Below, one piece after another: positions 11,601 through 21,546 of a DNA stretch of 64,000 bases. Every line of letters begins with the position of its first letter. The stretch's first letter is position 1. The DNA is from Minutocellus sp. GHC0000111 (taxonomy: Eukaryota). Position numbers and translations under genes: made by a program. The notes beneath the pieces were generated by a model that had not been told where the DNA came from, did no database searches, and saw nothing but the letters and a program-made list of their open reading frames with translations. The DNA lies in assembly GCA_977018835.1 (NCBI GenBank), contig OZ361260.1:2604001-2668000 (forward strand), given 5' to 3'.

Positions 11601-12592
11601 TTGAACTTGGCGTACGCAACTGTATCGAGATAGGAGGAAACCGGCGACAGGCTCATCTCAAAGACTCGACTCGATACCGGGACGATGATTGGACTGCGGC
11701 TCGGGGCGGTCGAAGGGCTCACACTGGGCATAGTTGTTGGGAGTGCCGAGGGTTGCTGCGAGATTGTTGGCATTGCCGATGGAGATTCGCTGGCCGTGAC
11801 TGTCGGTGGCGACGACGGAGCGAATGTCGGAACGTCCGAAGGGGATGAGCTGGGTCTCCCCGTTGGACTTGTACTGGGACGGGATGTAGGAGTACTAGAC
11901 GGTGATGAGCTAGGACTGCTCGTCGGTCGGACTGTTGGAGCTGCTGATGGTGAAAAAGAGGGCGTTGCCGAGGGCTCCTGGCTCGGCCTGTCTGTCGGTA
12001 CGTCGCTGGGCTGACTCGTAGGTCCAGCCGATGGAGAATTGCTCGGTTGGCTCGTCGGCGATGCGCTGGGACTCGATGTGGGCATATGCGAAGGTGCAAA
12101 GGATGGCGCCAGAGACGGTTGAGTCGTCGGGCTCTGGGAAGGAGAGCTCGAAGGTTCGGCCGTTGGTGACGAACTCGGGCTGCTCGTCGGATACGAGGAG
12201 GGTGTCGACGATGGGGCGTCGGAATGTGTCACCGTCGGAGAGCTCGTTGGGATTGGCGTCGGACTTCGGGTCCAGGTTCCGCAGGGAACGTTGCACGATC
12301 TTGGGCAGTGCGTGATGAGATCGTACACCTCGTCGTCAGTGTAACCGACCTTGGTAAAGCCCTTGCAGTCCACGACCTTGTGAAAGACACACGACGCAGC
12401 GAAATGAGGGGAGAGGTAGTTGGGATCGTCCTGGCAGCTGTCGTCCCACCCGATGAGGGCGCGGCCGTTGGCCGGTATGACGAGATCGGCGGCTACCATT
12501 GCGTCGACCAGTTGGTTGGTGCTATGATTGGCACCGGCGGAGGCAAAGAGCCCCAGGCAGAGGAAGGCGGTGGCTCGGCTTCGTTTGCTCAT
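8657..12592 (-). CDS. Large mucin-like Pro/Thr/Ser-rich surface protein with Cys domains and C-terminal TM; frame broken at ~10164 and ~9770 (pseudogene or assembly error)
   Basis: Signal peptide, SCQDDP.Y...C...DC..F...G...CP.SC domain twice (second truncated), PSxxPT tracts, two globular repeat domains, and a TM followed by KKR. Spread over ORFs 9773-12592, 9765-10094 and 8657-9757. Confidence 0.8.
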
Positions 12593-13156
12593 GGTTGTTA
12601 TTGTTGTTGGAAGAATTGTAGAAAGTTATGTTGTGATGATGGCACAGCACAAGCAAGACGTTTCGGAAAGTGGTATGATGGCCTACTGATCTACGTAAGC
12701 TAAGCTACTAGTAGCCGGTAGACGTGGTGGTGGTGGTCTCTTCGCGATGAATATGTGACTGCAGGATGATCCAAGACGGATCCACATGCAGCTGTACTCG
12801 GTTGCATGGCGACGTTTGAGCGATGCAAAAGGCCGAGATGCAGTGCCGGCGTCGTGGAAGATAAAAAATATTCGTGTCCCAATATTTTGAATACCGTCGT
12901 TTCGAGACTTACTCGACTGAGATGACCCTCAAAGTCCTCGAACTGCTCGAACCTACGAGGTCCGGGACAGCAATTTCGGGGACCCGGTTTTTTGGGGTCT
13001 TTGGACTTTCCGACACGGCGGTTTGCGCGCACCTTGAAAAACACGCGGCAAAGCAAGCAAATCAAAACACATCCGTCAACAACCGACCTCCAAGCAATTA
13101 CCACAAATAGACTGGGCAACTTCTGCCGACTGGCGCTTCAAGAAGCTTCCATACTC

Positions 13157-14293
13157 ATGGATACTCCAAAGGGACACATCTTCAGTCCACCGCGTCCACC
13201 GAAACGCGCCGAGGCGACTGCATTCAGCCCCTCGCGCCATGAGAAGGAAACTTCCAACGAAACGCCGGAACATCCGCGGTATCGAGAGAACAAGGACAAC
13301 GATGACGAGGAGGACAACCAAGGGGTCCCACCGGCATCGTCAGACCTCACATCTCCTCGTGTGTTGAAACATCGACGCGAGTACAACGAAGAGGATGGCT
13401 TCGCCGCCGAACAAGCCCAAGCAAGGAAGTACTTGCATCATGACATATTGCGTGCCGACTTTCGCGGTGCCGCTACCGTTTCATCTCATTCTGATGAAGA
13501 TGATTCATTCTCAGAGATGAGCATAGCAACCGCCGACGCAAAGCCAAGCGGCGAGAGGAGAAAGCCCGTGAGCTCATTCGACCTTCCCTCCGCCACGCCC
13601 ATGGTAACAAGTCCAATGTCAGTTCATACTCAGTATGCTCTTACCCCAAGCCGCTCATGCCCGTCGTTCAGCAACCTTCAATTGTCATCCCCTACCATCT
13701 TGGAGCCCTTGCCTCCAACCGAACCAACCGAACGACAGATTGAACGAGAGGTTGAGGAACATCGGAGGCTTGCGTGCTTTTTGACGTACGGAGAAGCACC
13801 ACTACCACAAGATATAAAGAACTACAAGTCACCCACATGTAGTCAGAGGCCCGAACCAAGAAGAAAAGAGAAAGGGGTCTACCTCCCCTTCAAACAAGTT
13901 CCTGGTTGGGGTAGCGAGGTCGCGGTCACCACAGTGCTAGGCATGATCGAAGTCGATCGCCAAGTAAGAGAGGGTCGTGGTGCCTACCCAAAAGGGTGGA
14001 GAAGCAGAGAACTCGGATTGTATGATAACAAGACAATAGAATTCTCTATTGCATTATCTACTGACAAGATTGCATTAGATGCATATAAGTTGGGATATGA
14101 GGATGGGAGTAAACAACCAACTGCTCACCCTGCCCTCACTGACAATAAACTTGCCGATGCATATGGTGTGAAGCGCGGAAAGATTCGTCAGTCCCTCCAC
14201 GCTGTGTGGCTTTCTAATGATCATAAGAAGGCCAAGGAGGCAAAAAAGAATACCGGTAGAAATAGAAGAACAAAGAAGCCCACCGTGATGTAA
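13157..14293 (+). CDS. Transposon cargo ORF of unknown function (378 aa)
   Basis: Uninterrupted ORF from the first ATG, inside the TIRs and convergent with the transposase. Disordered N-half, ordered-looking C-half, basic tail. Confidence 0.65.
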   Translation: MDTPKGHIFSPPRPPKRAEATAFSPSRHEKETSNETPEHPRYRENKDNDDEEDNQGVPPASSDLTSPRVLKHRREYNEEDGFAAEQAQARKYLHHDILRADFRGAATVSSHSDEDDSFSEMSIATADAKPSGERRKPVSSFDLPSATPMVTSPMSVHTQYALTPSRSCPSFSNLQLSSPTILEPLPPTEPTERQIEREVEEHRRLACFLTYGEAPLPQDIKNYKSPTCSQRPEPRRKEKGVYLPFKQVPGWGSEVAVTTVLGMIEVDRQVREGRGAYPKGWRSRELGLYDNKTIEFSIALSTDKIALDAYKLGYEDGSKQPTAHPALTDNKLADAYGVKRGKIRQSLHAVWLSNDHKKAKEAKKNTGRNRRTKKPTVM

Positions 14294-14388
14294 ACAAACC
14301 AATGCTGCTGCATCTTACATGTAGATCTATACATAATTTGTAGACGTGTAACATTTATTTAATACATGTGTAAAGATATTAATACTAT

Positions 14389-17319
14389 CTATTTATTAGA
14401 AGGATGACGAGCTGAGGGCTCCATCCCCTTGGCCGTTTCGTTGAAGTCGATCCTAATTCCAGTGTGCAAGTTTTCGTCACCCAACCTTCCAACAAACTCA
14501 TTGCTACCACCGGCCTTAATCACCAGGCCCATTATCCTCCAGTACTGAATGAAGGCCGAAGCAATTTTGCAGTTAGGCATGCTATCGTAAACGTCCTCGG
14601 CAGTGTCCCAGATCTGGTCGGTGGAAATGACGGAGGTGCCTACCATTTTTCGTGCCCATTCCGAGTGCCGCCGGCTCATCGCGGGGAACACGCTCAAGTC
14701 AAGGACGTTGGCGTGAGGCATCTGCGGTGCCTGTGGCTGCCACGTCCAGCCTTGCTCAGCACAGAAGTTAGTAACAAATTGCGTGAAGGTTCCGTCCTCG
14801 TGAGGCCCGGCCTGGTCGCCCTGGATAATAACATGGCAATCTTCGTATTGCTTGCCCGGACCGACAAGGTTGAGAATCGCTGGGAAAATAGTCTCCTTGA
14901 ATACGAGGAGCAAAGAGCATTTCGGATCCTTTTTGGTGCCTTCGTTCGATCCAGTAACGCAACAATCAACAAGAAACGACTCTCCTTTCCGGCGAAGAGG
15001 TTCCTTTGGTGTCCCATCGGGGTTGGTATTTGGGTACCGTATTGAACCATCAGGCTGTGATACTGCTTCGTACTGAGCTCGCTCCGCTATTTTAGGAGCT
15101 TGAGCTCGTACCAGTGGCAGTTTTACAACCTCGCACCCACTCTCAAGAGAACCGTCAAAGACAGCGGCAACAAATGCAATGGCCATGACCTTGTTGATGT
15201 GGCTCCTGTGAAAGGCCGCGTAATCTCGCTTTTTCACGCCGATTTCCTCGCAAGCCTTCGCAAAAGCTCGGAGGACGAGACCCCAGAACCATTTCTCATC
15301 GTAATGCACGAGGAGAACTCGCTTCTTTCCATTCGGTAAATTGCCGTTCTCATCCCGAATGTTCCAGAAATTCCGCACGAGCTGAGCAAAGGCCAGATGC
15401 TTAGCTTTTTGAGCCTCCGACAGGCGCGGCACCAGCCGCTCCTTGTAGAAAGTGAAGGTGTCGAATGGCTTGAGCCACCGCTCAATCGTCTTGTGCGAGC
15501 ACCACAGACCAATGTCCTGCTCCAAACCACGGAACGATCGCTGAGGATTGCTGGAAAGGGCCGCAACAATGTCGTTCTGTATGTACGGCTGCCTTGCCAA
15601 GTGCTCCCGCCTCTTCAGCTCCCACAGCTGCTTGTCATCGTCGCTGATGGTGTCATACTCGGTCAGGTACGTTTTGAGCAACTCATTGTCAGCCTCCTTC
15701 GATACAGAATCATAGCAGTCTTCCTTTGCCTCTCTGCACTTATTGATTGCATACAGGCGCTTAGCAGTAAAGTACTGCTCAGCCGTCTTGTAATTGTCAA
15801 TGGTAGACTTTGGCCGAACCGACGAATCCTTGGGAGCGGGGGTGACAAATGCAAGCTCGGCCTGATCTGCTGGTATGCCCCGGGCAATGGCATTCTTCCG
15901 AGACTCGTTCTGGATGTCTCGCAGCCCATTCTTACCCTTCCCCCACGCTCTGCAGAGCTCATGAATAGTGACCCTCCCATCCGACTGAAACTTCTGCGAT
16001 GAACTGTTCCTACTTGAGTGCTGCGTCCTTCCGGTGCTCTTCAAATGCACTTCCAGAAGCAATCCCTGGGCAAAAAGCATGCTCTTGTCCTCGTCGTTCA
16101 ATCCCTTCTTGCCTTTGGTTGCTCGATTCGCCTCCTTTCGAAGATAACCATCCTTCTTCCTGTATTGCATGCCATGCAAAAGCTTTCCGACAAGAGTCTC
16201 CATCGGACTGCCATCGCTCTTTGCACGCTTATTGGCACCGGTGCTGTCAACACTATCCATCCCCGCCTGAGCAGCTACTGTCCGTTTGCGCCTGTCCTTG
16301 GCAATTGAATCGGTATTGAGGCCGAGTGGGATCGGGGTGATGGCCTTGAGAGGCACATTCTTATGCATCATGCCACCAAAAGGCTTCTCATACTGGACAT
16401 CGCAAAGAGTACCTCCACCGATACCTCTACTGCCCATAACAAATCCCTTACCCTCAGGCCGATTCATGTTGGGACTGAAGTCGGCAGACACAAGGACATA
16501 TTCCCCAGTACTGATGGCAGGTCGCATGTTATCTTCCATTCTCATTGCTTTCTTGCGTTCGGGTGGTGCATCCGTCGGCATCCTGTGCGACCGAAGATGT
16601 TCACGCATTTGTACCCTCTGCTCCAAATGACGCATCGCCTCCTTCATTTTGTTCCTTTTCTTCTCGGCATCGGCCATGGCCTTTTCATCCTTCCGCTTTT
16701 CTCGTTTCAAGGTATCCCTTAGCCCTTTCAAAGCCTCCTCTGCAGCTTTGTATTGCGCTTCGGCCTCAACCAGCAGCACATCCAAATTCTCCTCGGTCGA
16801 TCCACCAGAATTGGCGGTGCCGGTAGCAGAAACACCGACACTGGCAGGATTGCCAGATTCTTCACTGTTGCCGCTTCCATCCACCACCATGGACTCGGCG
16901 ATGCCCCCAGCTTCGATATTATCATCACCAGGACGAGCAGCGATACCAGCATTGTCCTCGACCGTCGGCTCAGGGCTGGCATCGGCGTTATTGGATGACG
17001 AATTGCGCCGAGCAATTTGAATTTGAGAAATCGGCACATCTTGTGCCGGATCAGGACCGGTCTGGCTCGGACAGCACAGCTCCTCCTCTCGGGCTTGCTC
17101 CATGATATCCTGCTGTTTCTGAAGTGAGAGGCCCGCCCATGCCCGGTTCGCTATGGTCTGGATCATCCCAGGAGACTTGCCACGAATCGCAGAGGCATCG
17201 ATGGTGCCGCTCCGATGGACAAAATAATCAAAGCATGGGATGGAGCTGCCGGACCGACGGGAGCGGCGACATGCTGGCGCATCAGCTGCGGTGGCAGCAG
17301 TAGTAACAGCCATTTGCAT
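14389..17319 (-). CDS. DD38D transposase (IS630/Tc1/mariner superfamily) with long N-terminal extension, 976 aa
   Basis: HYDEKWF, IIQGDQAGPH and QAPQMPHANVLDL.VF (38 residues between 2nd and 3rd Asp), resembling the DEKWF / QQDNA.PH / QPPNSPD.NVLDL motifs of plant and oomycete mariner-like transposases. Confidence 0.93.
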   Translation of the reverse strand: MQMAVTTAATAADAPACRRSRRSGSSIPCFDYFVHRSGTIDASAIRGKSPGMIQTIANRAWAGLSLQKQQDIMEQAREEELCCPSQTGPDPAQDVPISQIQIARRNSSSNNADASPEPTVEDNAGIAARPGDDNIEAGGIAESMVVDGSGNSEESGNPASVGVSATGTANSGGSTEENLDVLLVEAEAQYKAAEEALKGLRDTLKREKRKDEKAMADAEKKRNKMKEAMRHLEQRVQMREHLRSHRMPTDAPPERKKAMRMEDNMRPAISTGEYVLVSADFSPNMNRPEGKGFVMGSRGIGGGTLCDVQYEKPFGGMMHKNVPLKAITPIPLGLNTDSIAKDRRKRTVAAQAGMDSVDSTGANKRAKSDGSPMETLVGKLLHGMQYRKKDGYLRKEANRATKGKKGLNDEDKSMLFAQGLLLEVHLKSTGRTQHSSRNSSSQKFQSDGRVTIHELCRAWGKGKNGLRDIQNESRKNAIARGIPADQAELAFVTPAPKDSSVRPKSTIDNYKTAEQYFTAKRLYAINKCREAKEDCYDSVSKEADNELLKTYLTEYDTISDDDKQLWELKRREHLARQPYIQNDIVAALSSNPQRSFRGLEQDIGLWCSHKTIERWLKPFDTFTFYKERLVPRLSEAQKAKHLAFAQLVRNFWNIRDENGNLPNGKKRVLLVHYDEKWFWGLVLRAFAKACEEIGVKKRDYAAFHRSHINKVMAIAFVAAVFDGSLESGCEVVKLPLVRAQAPKIAERAQYEAVSQPDGSIRYPNTNPDGTPKEPLRRKGESFLVDCCVTGSNEGTKKDPKCSLLLVFKETIFPAILNLVGPGKQYEDCHVIIQGDQAGPHEDGTFTQFVTNFCAEQGWTWQPQAPQMPHANVLDLSVFPAMSRRHSEWARKMVGTSVISTDQIWDTAEDVYDSMPNCKIASAFIQYWRIMGLVIKAGGSNEFVGRLGDENLHTGIRIDFNETAKGMEPSARHPSNK

Positions 17320-17903
17320 TAATATGGTGTGTTGGATGCAGTGTTTTGTGGCAGTAGAGCAACAGTTTGCATGTCGGGTGGGTTGGAAATGAGGAAGGTT
17401 TCATTGAGTGGCGGGCGCGCCGGGCAGGTGATGATTTTTTTGGCCCGCTCGATTTTGGCGCGGGGTCACCCGGACCGCATAAGATGCGCCATTATGGGGA
17501 CCATGGAGACCGATATCGGAGCTCAAACCATATGGCTGCTTGAATCAATGCATTTGGGAGGTGGTGGTGGGGTTGGGAGGTGGAGGAGGTGACCGGTTGT
17601 CATCGGAAAAACTGGCAGAAGTCGGGAGGGGCGATGGATGGGGTGAATCGGCCAGACGCTGGCATGGGAAGATGAAATCGATATCTCCGAGTCGGTCCAA
17701 GGTCAAGGACGAACCCGTTCTGGAGACACCACGCTCATCCCTTGCGTGAAGCGGATGCCGTCGGCACTGCCGTCACCGCCATCTTGAAGACAGGACGACA
17801 GCAAATAAATGCTGCTTGCTGCAAGCGTTTGTGCTGATTTATATGAGATTTTGCCCAAAGACCCGAAAACCGGGTCCCTGAAACTGCTGTCCGCGACCTC
17901 GTA

Positions 17904-18172
17904 CTAGGACCCGGACGCACGAACAACTCGGGGAAAATCCCGGCAAAACGACTTTTCAAAGAAATGGACCTCTGAAGCTGAAATTTGGACACAGCATAGC
18001 ACATGATGCGAGAAACCTTAGAATGGCATCGCGAAATCTCAATTCCTGATATTTCTTGAGTTATCGGCACATCTTTTTTTGCCTCAATGCGTGGAAGTTA
18101 GTCCTACCAACGGAAACGCTTTGCCGAGACGACCCCCAAAAAACCCGGGTTTTTCGTGCCGGAGGGTCCTAG
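17904..18172. mobile_element. MITE (~270 bp) directly abutting the mariner
   Basis: Left TA|CTAGGACCCggacGCACGAAcAActCGGG versus right reverse complement tg|CTAGGACCCtccgGCACGAAaAAccCGGG. The right TSD reads CA instead of TA. Confidence 0.7.
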
Positions 18173-18178
18173 CAGCTA

Positions 18179-18807
18179 CGCTGGAACGAGAATGAAACTG
18201 ACGAGGTGGGATACCCTCTTTGCCCCCCGAACGGTTAGAGATACGGCACAAGTCGAACAGAGTTACCCCATGTAAATTTATGCGTTCTTTCGATTGGTCG
18301 TTGCGACAAAGTCTGGCCTGGATGGAAACGGCCGGAAAGCGGTCTTTTTGGGGAGGGTGTTTTTTCGAAATCGGCAAAGAAACGATTTTTTTCTTTTGTC
18401 GCAACGACAGGACTGTTCCTCAAGAAAACAATTCATAGAAAAGTTTTTCCAGAATTGCTCTATCTGCCTTGGTTGTTGGGGCAATTAACCTTTTCTGTTT
18501 TACTAGGCGGTTGTTAGCATCTTTTTTTCTCGCCAAGTTTCTGAAACATAAAATTTTCTCCAACCTGATAAATTTTATGTTCGCTTTCTCCGTGACGTGG
18601 CCATTTTTCACGCAGGCGAAGTTAGCGAAAAAGGGTCATGTTCAAGGCAACAAATTGCTATCACCAACTCGATTGCATCGGCTCAATATACATCAGGAGA
18701 ACCCTCTCAGAGTGCTCTATCGGTTGGTATGTCGGTGGTTTTCTGAGGTTGAGTGTGCGTGATTTTATTACTAGCACAAGACAGTGAGTTTTATTCTGTT
18801 TCCAGCG
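18179..18807. mobile_element. MITE (629 bp), TA TSD
   Basis: Left TA|CGCTGGAAcgAGAATgAAACTgAC versus right reverse complement TA|CGCTGGAAacAGAATaAAACTcAC. AT-rich non-coding interior. Confidence 0.85.
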
Positions 18808-18900
18808 TAGCTAGAGTAGGAACCAGCATTAAATTTCTCTTGCCGAATGAGCATTCTCCTCATTCTTCTCGCCACCGCCGGGAGATCTGACTTTGAAACA

Positions 18901-20004
18901 ATGTCCACCATGTCTGATCCATCGGCCACGGCAGCAGAAGTAGCAGCAGTACCTGTGCCGGTAGCCCGTCTTCGACGAGCGATTGCATCATCGAGGTCAG
19001 CAACACATGCCCCACGTTCATCTCTCTGGGACATTGTCTTATCACGAAAAATATCGTCAGAAGCCAGCGAGGAGGGAATCTGGATGGCATCGCCGCCCTT
19101 GGCGTCGGATGCTGCCGAGCCACGATGCGTTGCTCAAATAATTCCCGATGCGTCGGCACCTACCGATACCAGGAAGATCCGGAAAGCACGAATCAATCTC
19201 TTTCATTGCATGTCCAGCGGTGTCGACTCTGATGCATGCACTGGTGATGATCATGTACGAAGTGATGTCTGCTGCACACTCAATTGTGCGATGGAAAGCT
19301 TAATAGGTCCTTCTCTTGACAATAAATCGCAAAGGATTGCTCTGACATTTGGTTCTCTCGATCGATATCTCGTCCCACATGTTCGTGATGCACTCCAAGC
19401 CAATCCTAGGCTTTCCCAACACAATTTTTTCAGTACCTTTACCAGTCATTGTGGCATGTGGATACACGAAACTGACGATGAGGATAAGGAACAGGGGCAA
19501 AACCCACCAACACTTGCGGACCAAAGCCTTGCTCTTTCAGAGGGAGTTTCGATTAGACCCCTAACGCAAACCGATGCCGAGCTGGTGAACTCGAAATGGG
19601 AATATAAGAGCGATGGGTCTTTGGAAATGATACAGAAAATGATTGCGACGTCAGTGGCTAAAGGAGGTTGCATTGGACTTGCCGTCAATGGCACGCTTGT
19701 TTCGTGGATGCTTCGGTACATTGACGGAAGCATTGGCATGCTTTATACTGACGAGAACCACCGGAGAAAAGGCTATGCCGGTGTTGTTGTAAACGGTGCT
19801 GTCTCAGATATTCGCTCGAAATCTCAGCAACACAGTGAGGATAATGATTGTGTCGATACAGACAGAGATCGAATGATTTCCTACATTGTGGATTCGAACG
19901 AAGCCAGCAAGAAGTTGTACATCAAACTTGGATGGAAACAAGTAGCCGACGCAGATTGGATTGGATTCGCTTCGCGGAAACCGAAATACGATAATAACAC
20001 GTAG
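18901..20004 (+). CDS. GNAT acetyltransferase (FR47/glycine N-acyltransferase-like C-terminal domain)
   Basis: DAELVNSKWEY, LVSW...DGSIGMLYT..NHRRKGYA, N.AS.KLY.KLGW. Start uncertain (18847, 18901 or 18910). Confidence 0.85.
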   Translation: MSTMSDPSATAAEVAAVPVPVARLRRAIASSRSATHAPRSSLWDIVLSRKISSEASEEGIWMASPPLASDAAEPRCVAQIIPDASAPTDTRKIRKARINLFHCMSSGVDSDACTGDDHVRSDVCCTLNCAMESLIGPSLDNKSQRIALTFGSLDRYLVPHVRDALQANPRLSQHNFFSTFTSHCGMWIHETDDEDKEQGQNPPTLADQSLALSEGVSIRPLTQTDAELVNSKWEYKSDGSLEMIQKMIATSVAKGGCIGLAVNGTLVSWMLRYIDGSIGMLYTDENHRRKGYAGVVVNGAVSDIRSKSQQHSEDNDCVDTDRDRMISYIVDSNEASKKLYIKLGWKQVADADWIGFASRKPKYDNNT

Positions 20005-20143
20005 AAATTTAGGCAGACAAATTTCTCAACTATAGTTACGTACATGCATACGATACCCTACAGATATGTACAAATGTTATGCCTTCTATCGTACTATAAA
20101 GTCCTTCGATCGATCAATAGCAAGGCAATGAGGAAATCGTAAT

Positions 20144-21379
20144 CTAAATGAATACGATCTGAGTTATCAACGATGACATGAGCACGAAGCACAGAGAAAG
20201 GAACGCAGCTGTTTGCTTCGCCGATGCATTCGATACCATAGGATTGGCTAACGGCAATGCTGTGGGCGGCATGGTTGGATTAGTTGATGGTGCTGGGCTC
20301 ACCGGTGATCGAGACGGAGCATTCGAATGTGATGTCGTAGGAATCCAGCTTGGTGACATACTTGGCAATGACGATTCAGGCACGCTAGGAGACGAAGAAG
20401 GTATCGCGCTGGGCGCTGCTGACGGCGATGCAGATGGGTGCGATGTAGGATGAGCAGACGGCCCTGCCGACGGAGGGAGTGATGGTATCCCGCTGGGTGC
20501 GTCAGATAGTACGCATTCGATGTTGCATGCGCAGGGGCATTTTGCAATGAGCTCTGCAACTTCGTCATCATCCTGAGGATTCATTGGAAGATAAAGCCAA
20601 AAAGAAAAAGGAAACACAACAAGTATTAGTGAAAATGCTTCAACGATACGGACTTTACAAAATCTGATAGGAAGTGAATATGTCATGTTTCGAGCTGGAC
20701 GTTGGACGGAATACGTGAATCTCATGCGTTCACTCTCGATGGCCGTACAGGTTTACAAACTTACGTAACTCATCACTCCAAACTTCGTGCAGTCAAATGA
20801 GCCAGAGCTTATTGTTTCACAACGGATGTTGAATTTTCCAATATACAAAGGATCATCGGCACAACTGTCATTAAAGCACATCTCTATACTCGAGTCCTTT
20901 TGCGTTGATGTGGTAGGAGCTACTGTCGGCGAGTTGGTTGAGATTGTGACGGGATCAGGTTCTGCTGCCGTGTCAGTACAAATTCCGCAAGCTATTGGAC
21001 ATGCCATTTTGAGTTGGTCTGTCTCGTCTGGTGTAAATCCAAGGTCAGTAAATCCATCACAATTGAGACCTGCCAGTTGAATAGTTTCGCATGTTGAACC
21101 GATCTTGGATCTGTACGAAGAATCATCAAGGCATTGTCCTCTCCTCGGTATCCCAGTACCGGTACTCAATGAATTTGGTAATCTAGCCGAGGGATCTTTG
21201 GCCGACTGCACATAGATATGATCGAGTTTCCTCTGGTCTCGATTCAATCTTTTGCGGATAAGGGATCGAGGACGACTATGATTCGTTGTCTGTTCCACGG
21301 TGATTTCTGCTGCCGCTGAGAGACGGAAGGATGCCGAGACGTACACTGCCGTCGCAATTGATACTTTTTCTGGTTTCAT
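20144..21379 (-). CDS. Secreted Cys-domain, PTS-rich protein, possibly GPI-anchored; exons 21379-20765 and 20572-20144
   Basis: Signal peptide, two C.DD..Y....G..C......C..F...G....E...L...CP.AC domains (the second split by a GT-AG intron), PS tract and hydrophobic C-terminus. Confidence 0.82.
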
Positions 21380-21546
21380 CGTTGACGCCAGAGAAATCCC
21401 AACCAACACTTCTCAAATCCTTGACCCGAGCGATGGTTGAGAGTTGCATGCGTAGTCTGAGCGGCGAATAATAGTCAGTGGTATGTACATGCGTATGCGT
21501 TCCCCTAGCTACGTAGCTAGATCTACTCATACGAGGGTCCCACGCA

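Larger units (their letters stand above)
12956..17901 (-). mobile_element. Full-length Tc1/mariner-superfamily DNA transposon, 4946 bp, TA target-site duplication (TSD)
   Basis: Left TA|CGAGGTCCGGGACAGCAATTTCGGGGACCCGGTTTT matches the reverse complement of the right end, TA|CGAGGTCGCGGACAGCAGTTTCAGGGACCCGGTTTT (~48-bp imperfect TIR). Encloses an intact transposase. Confidence 0.93.
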
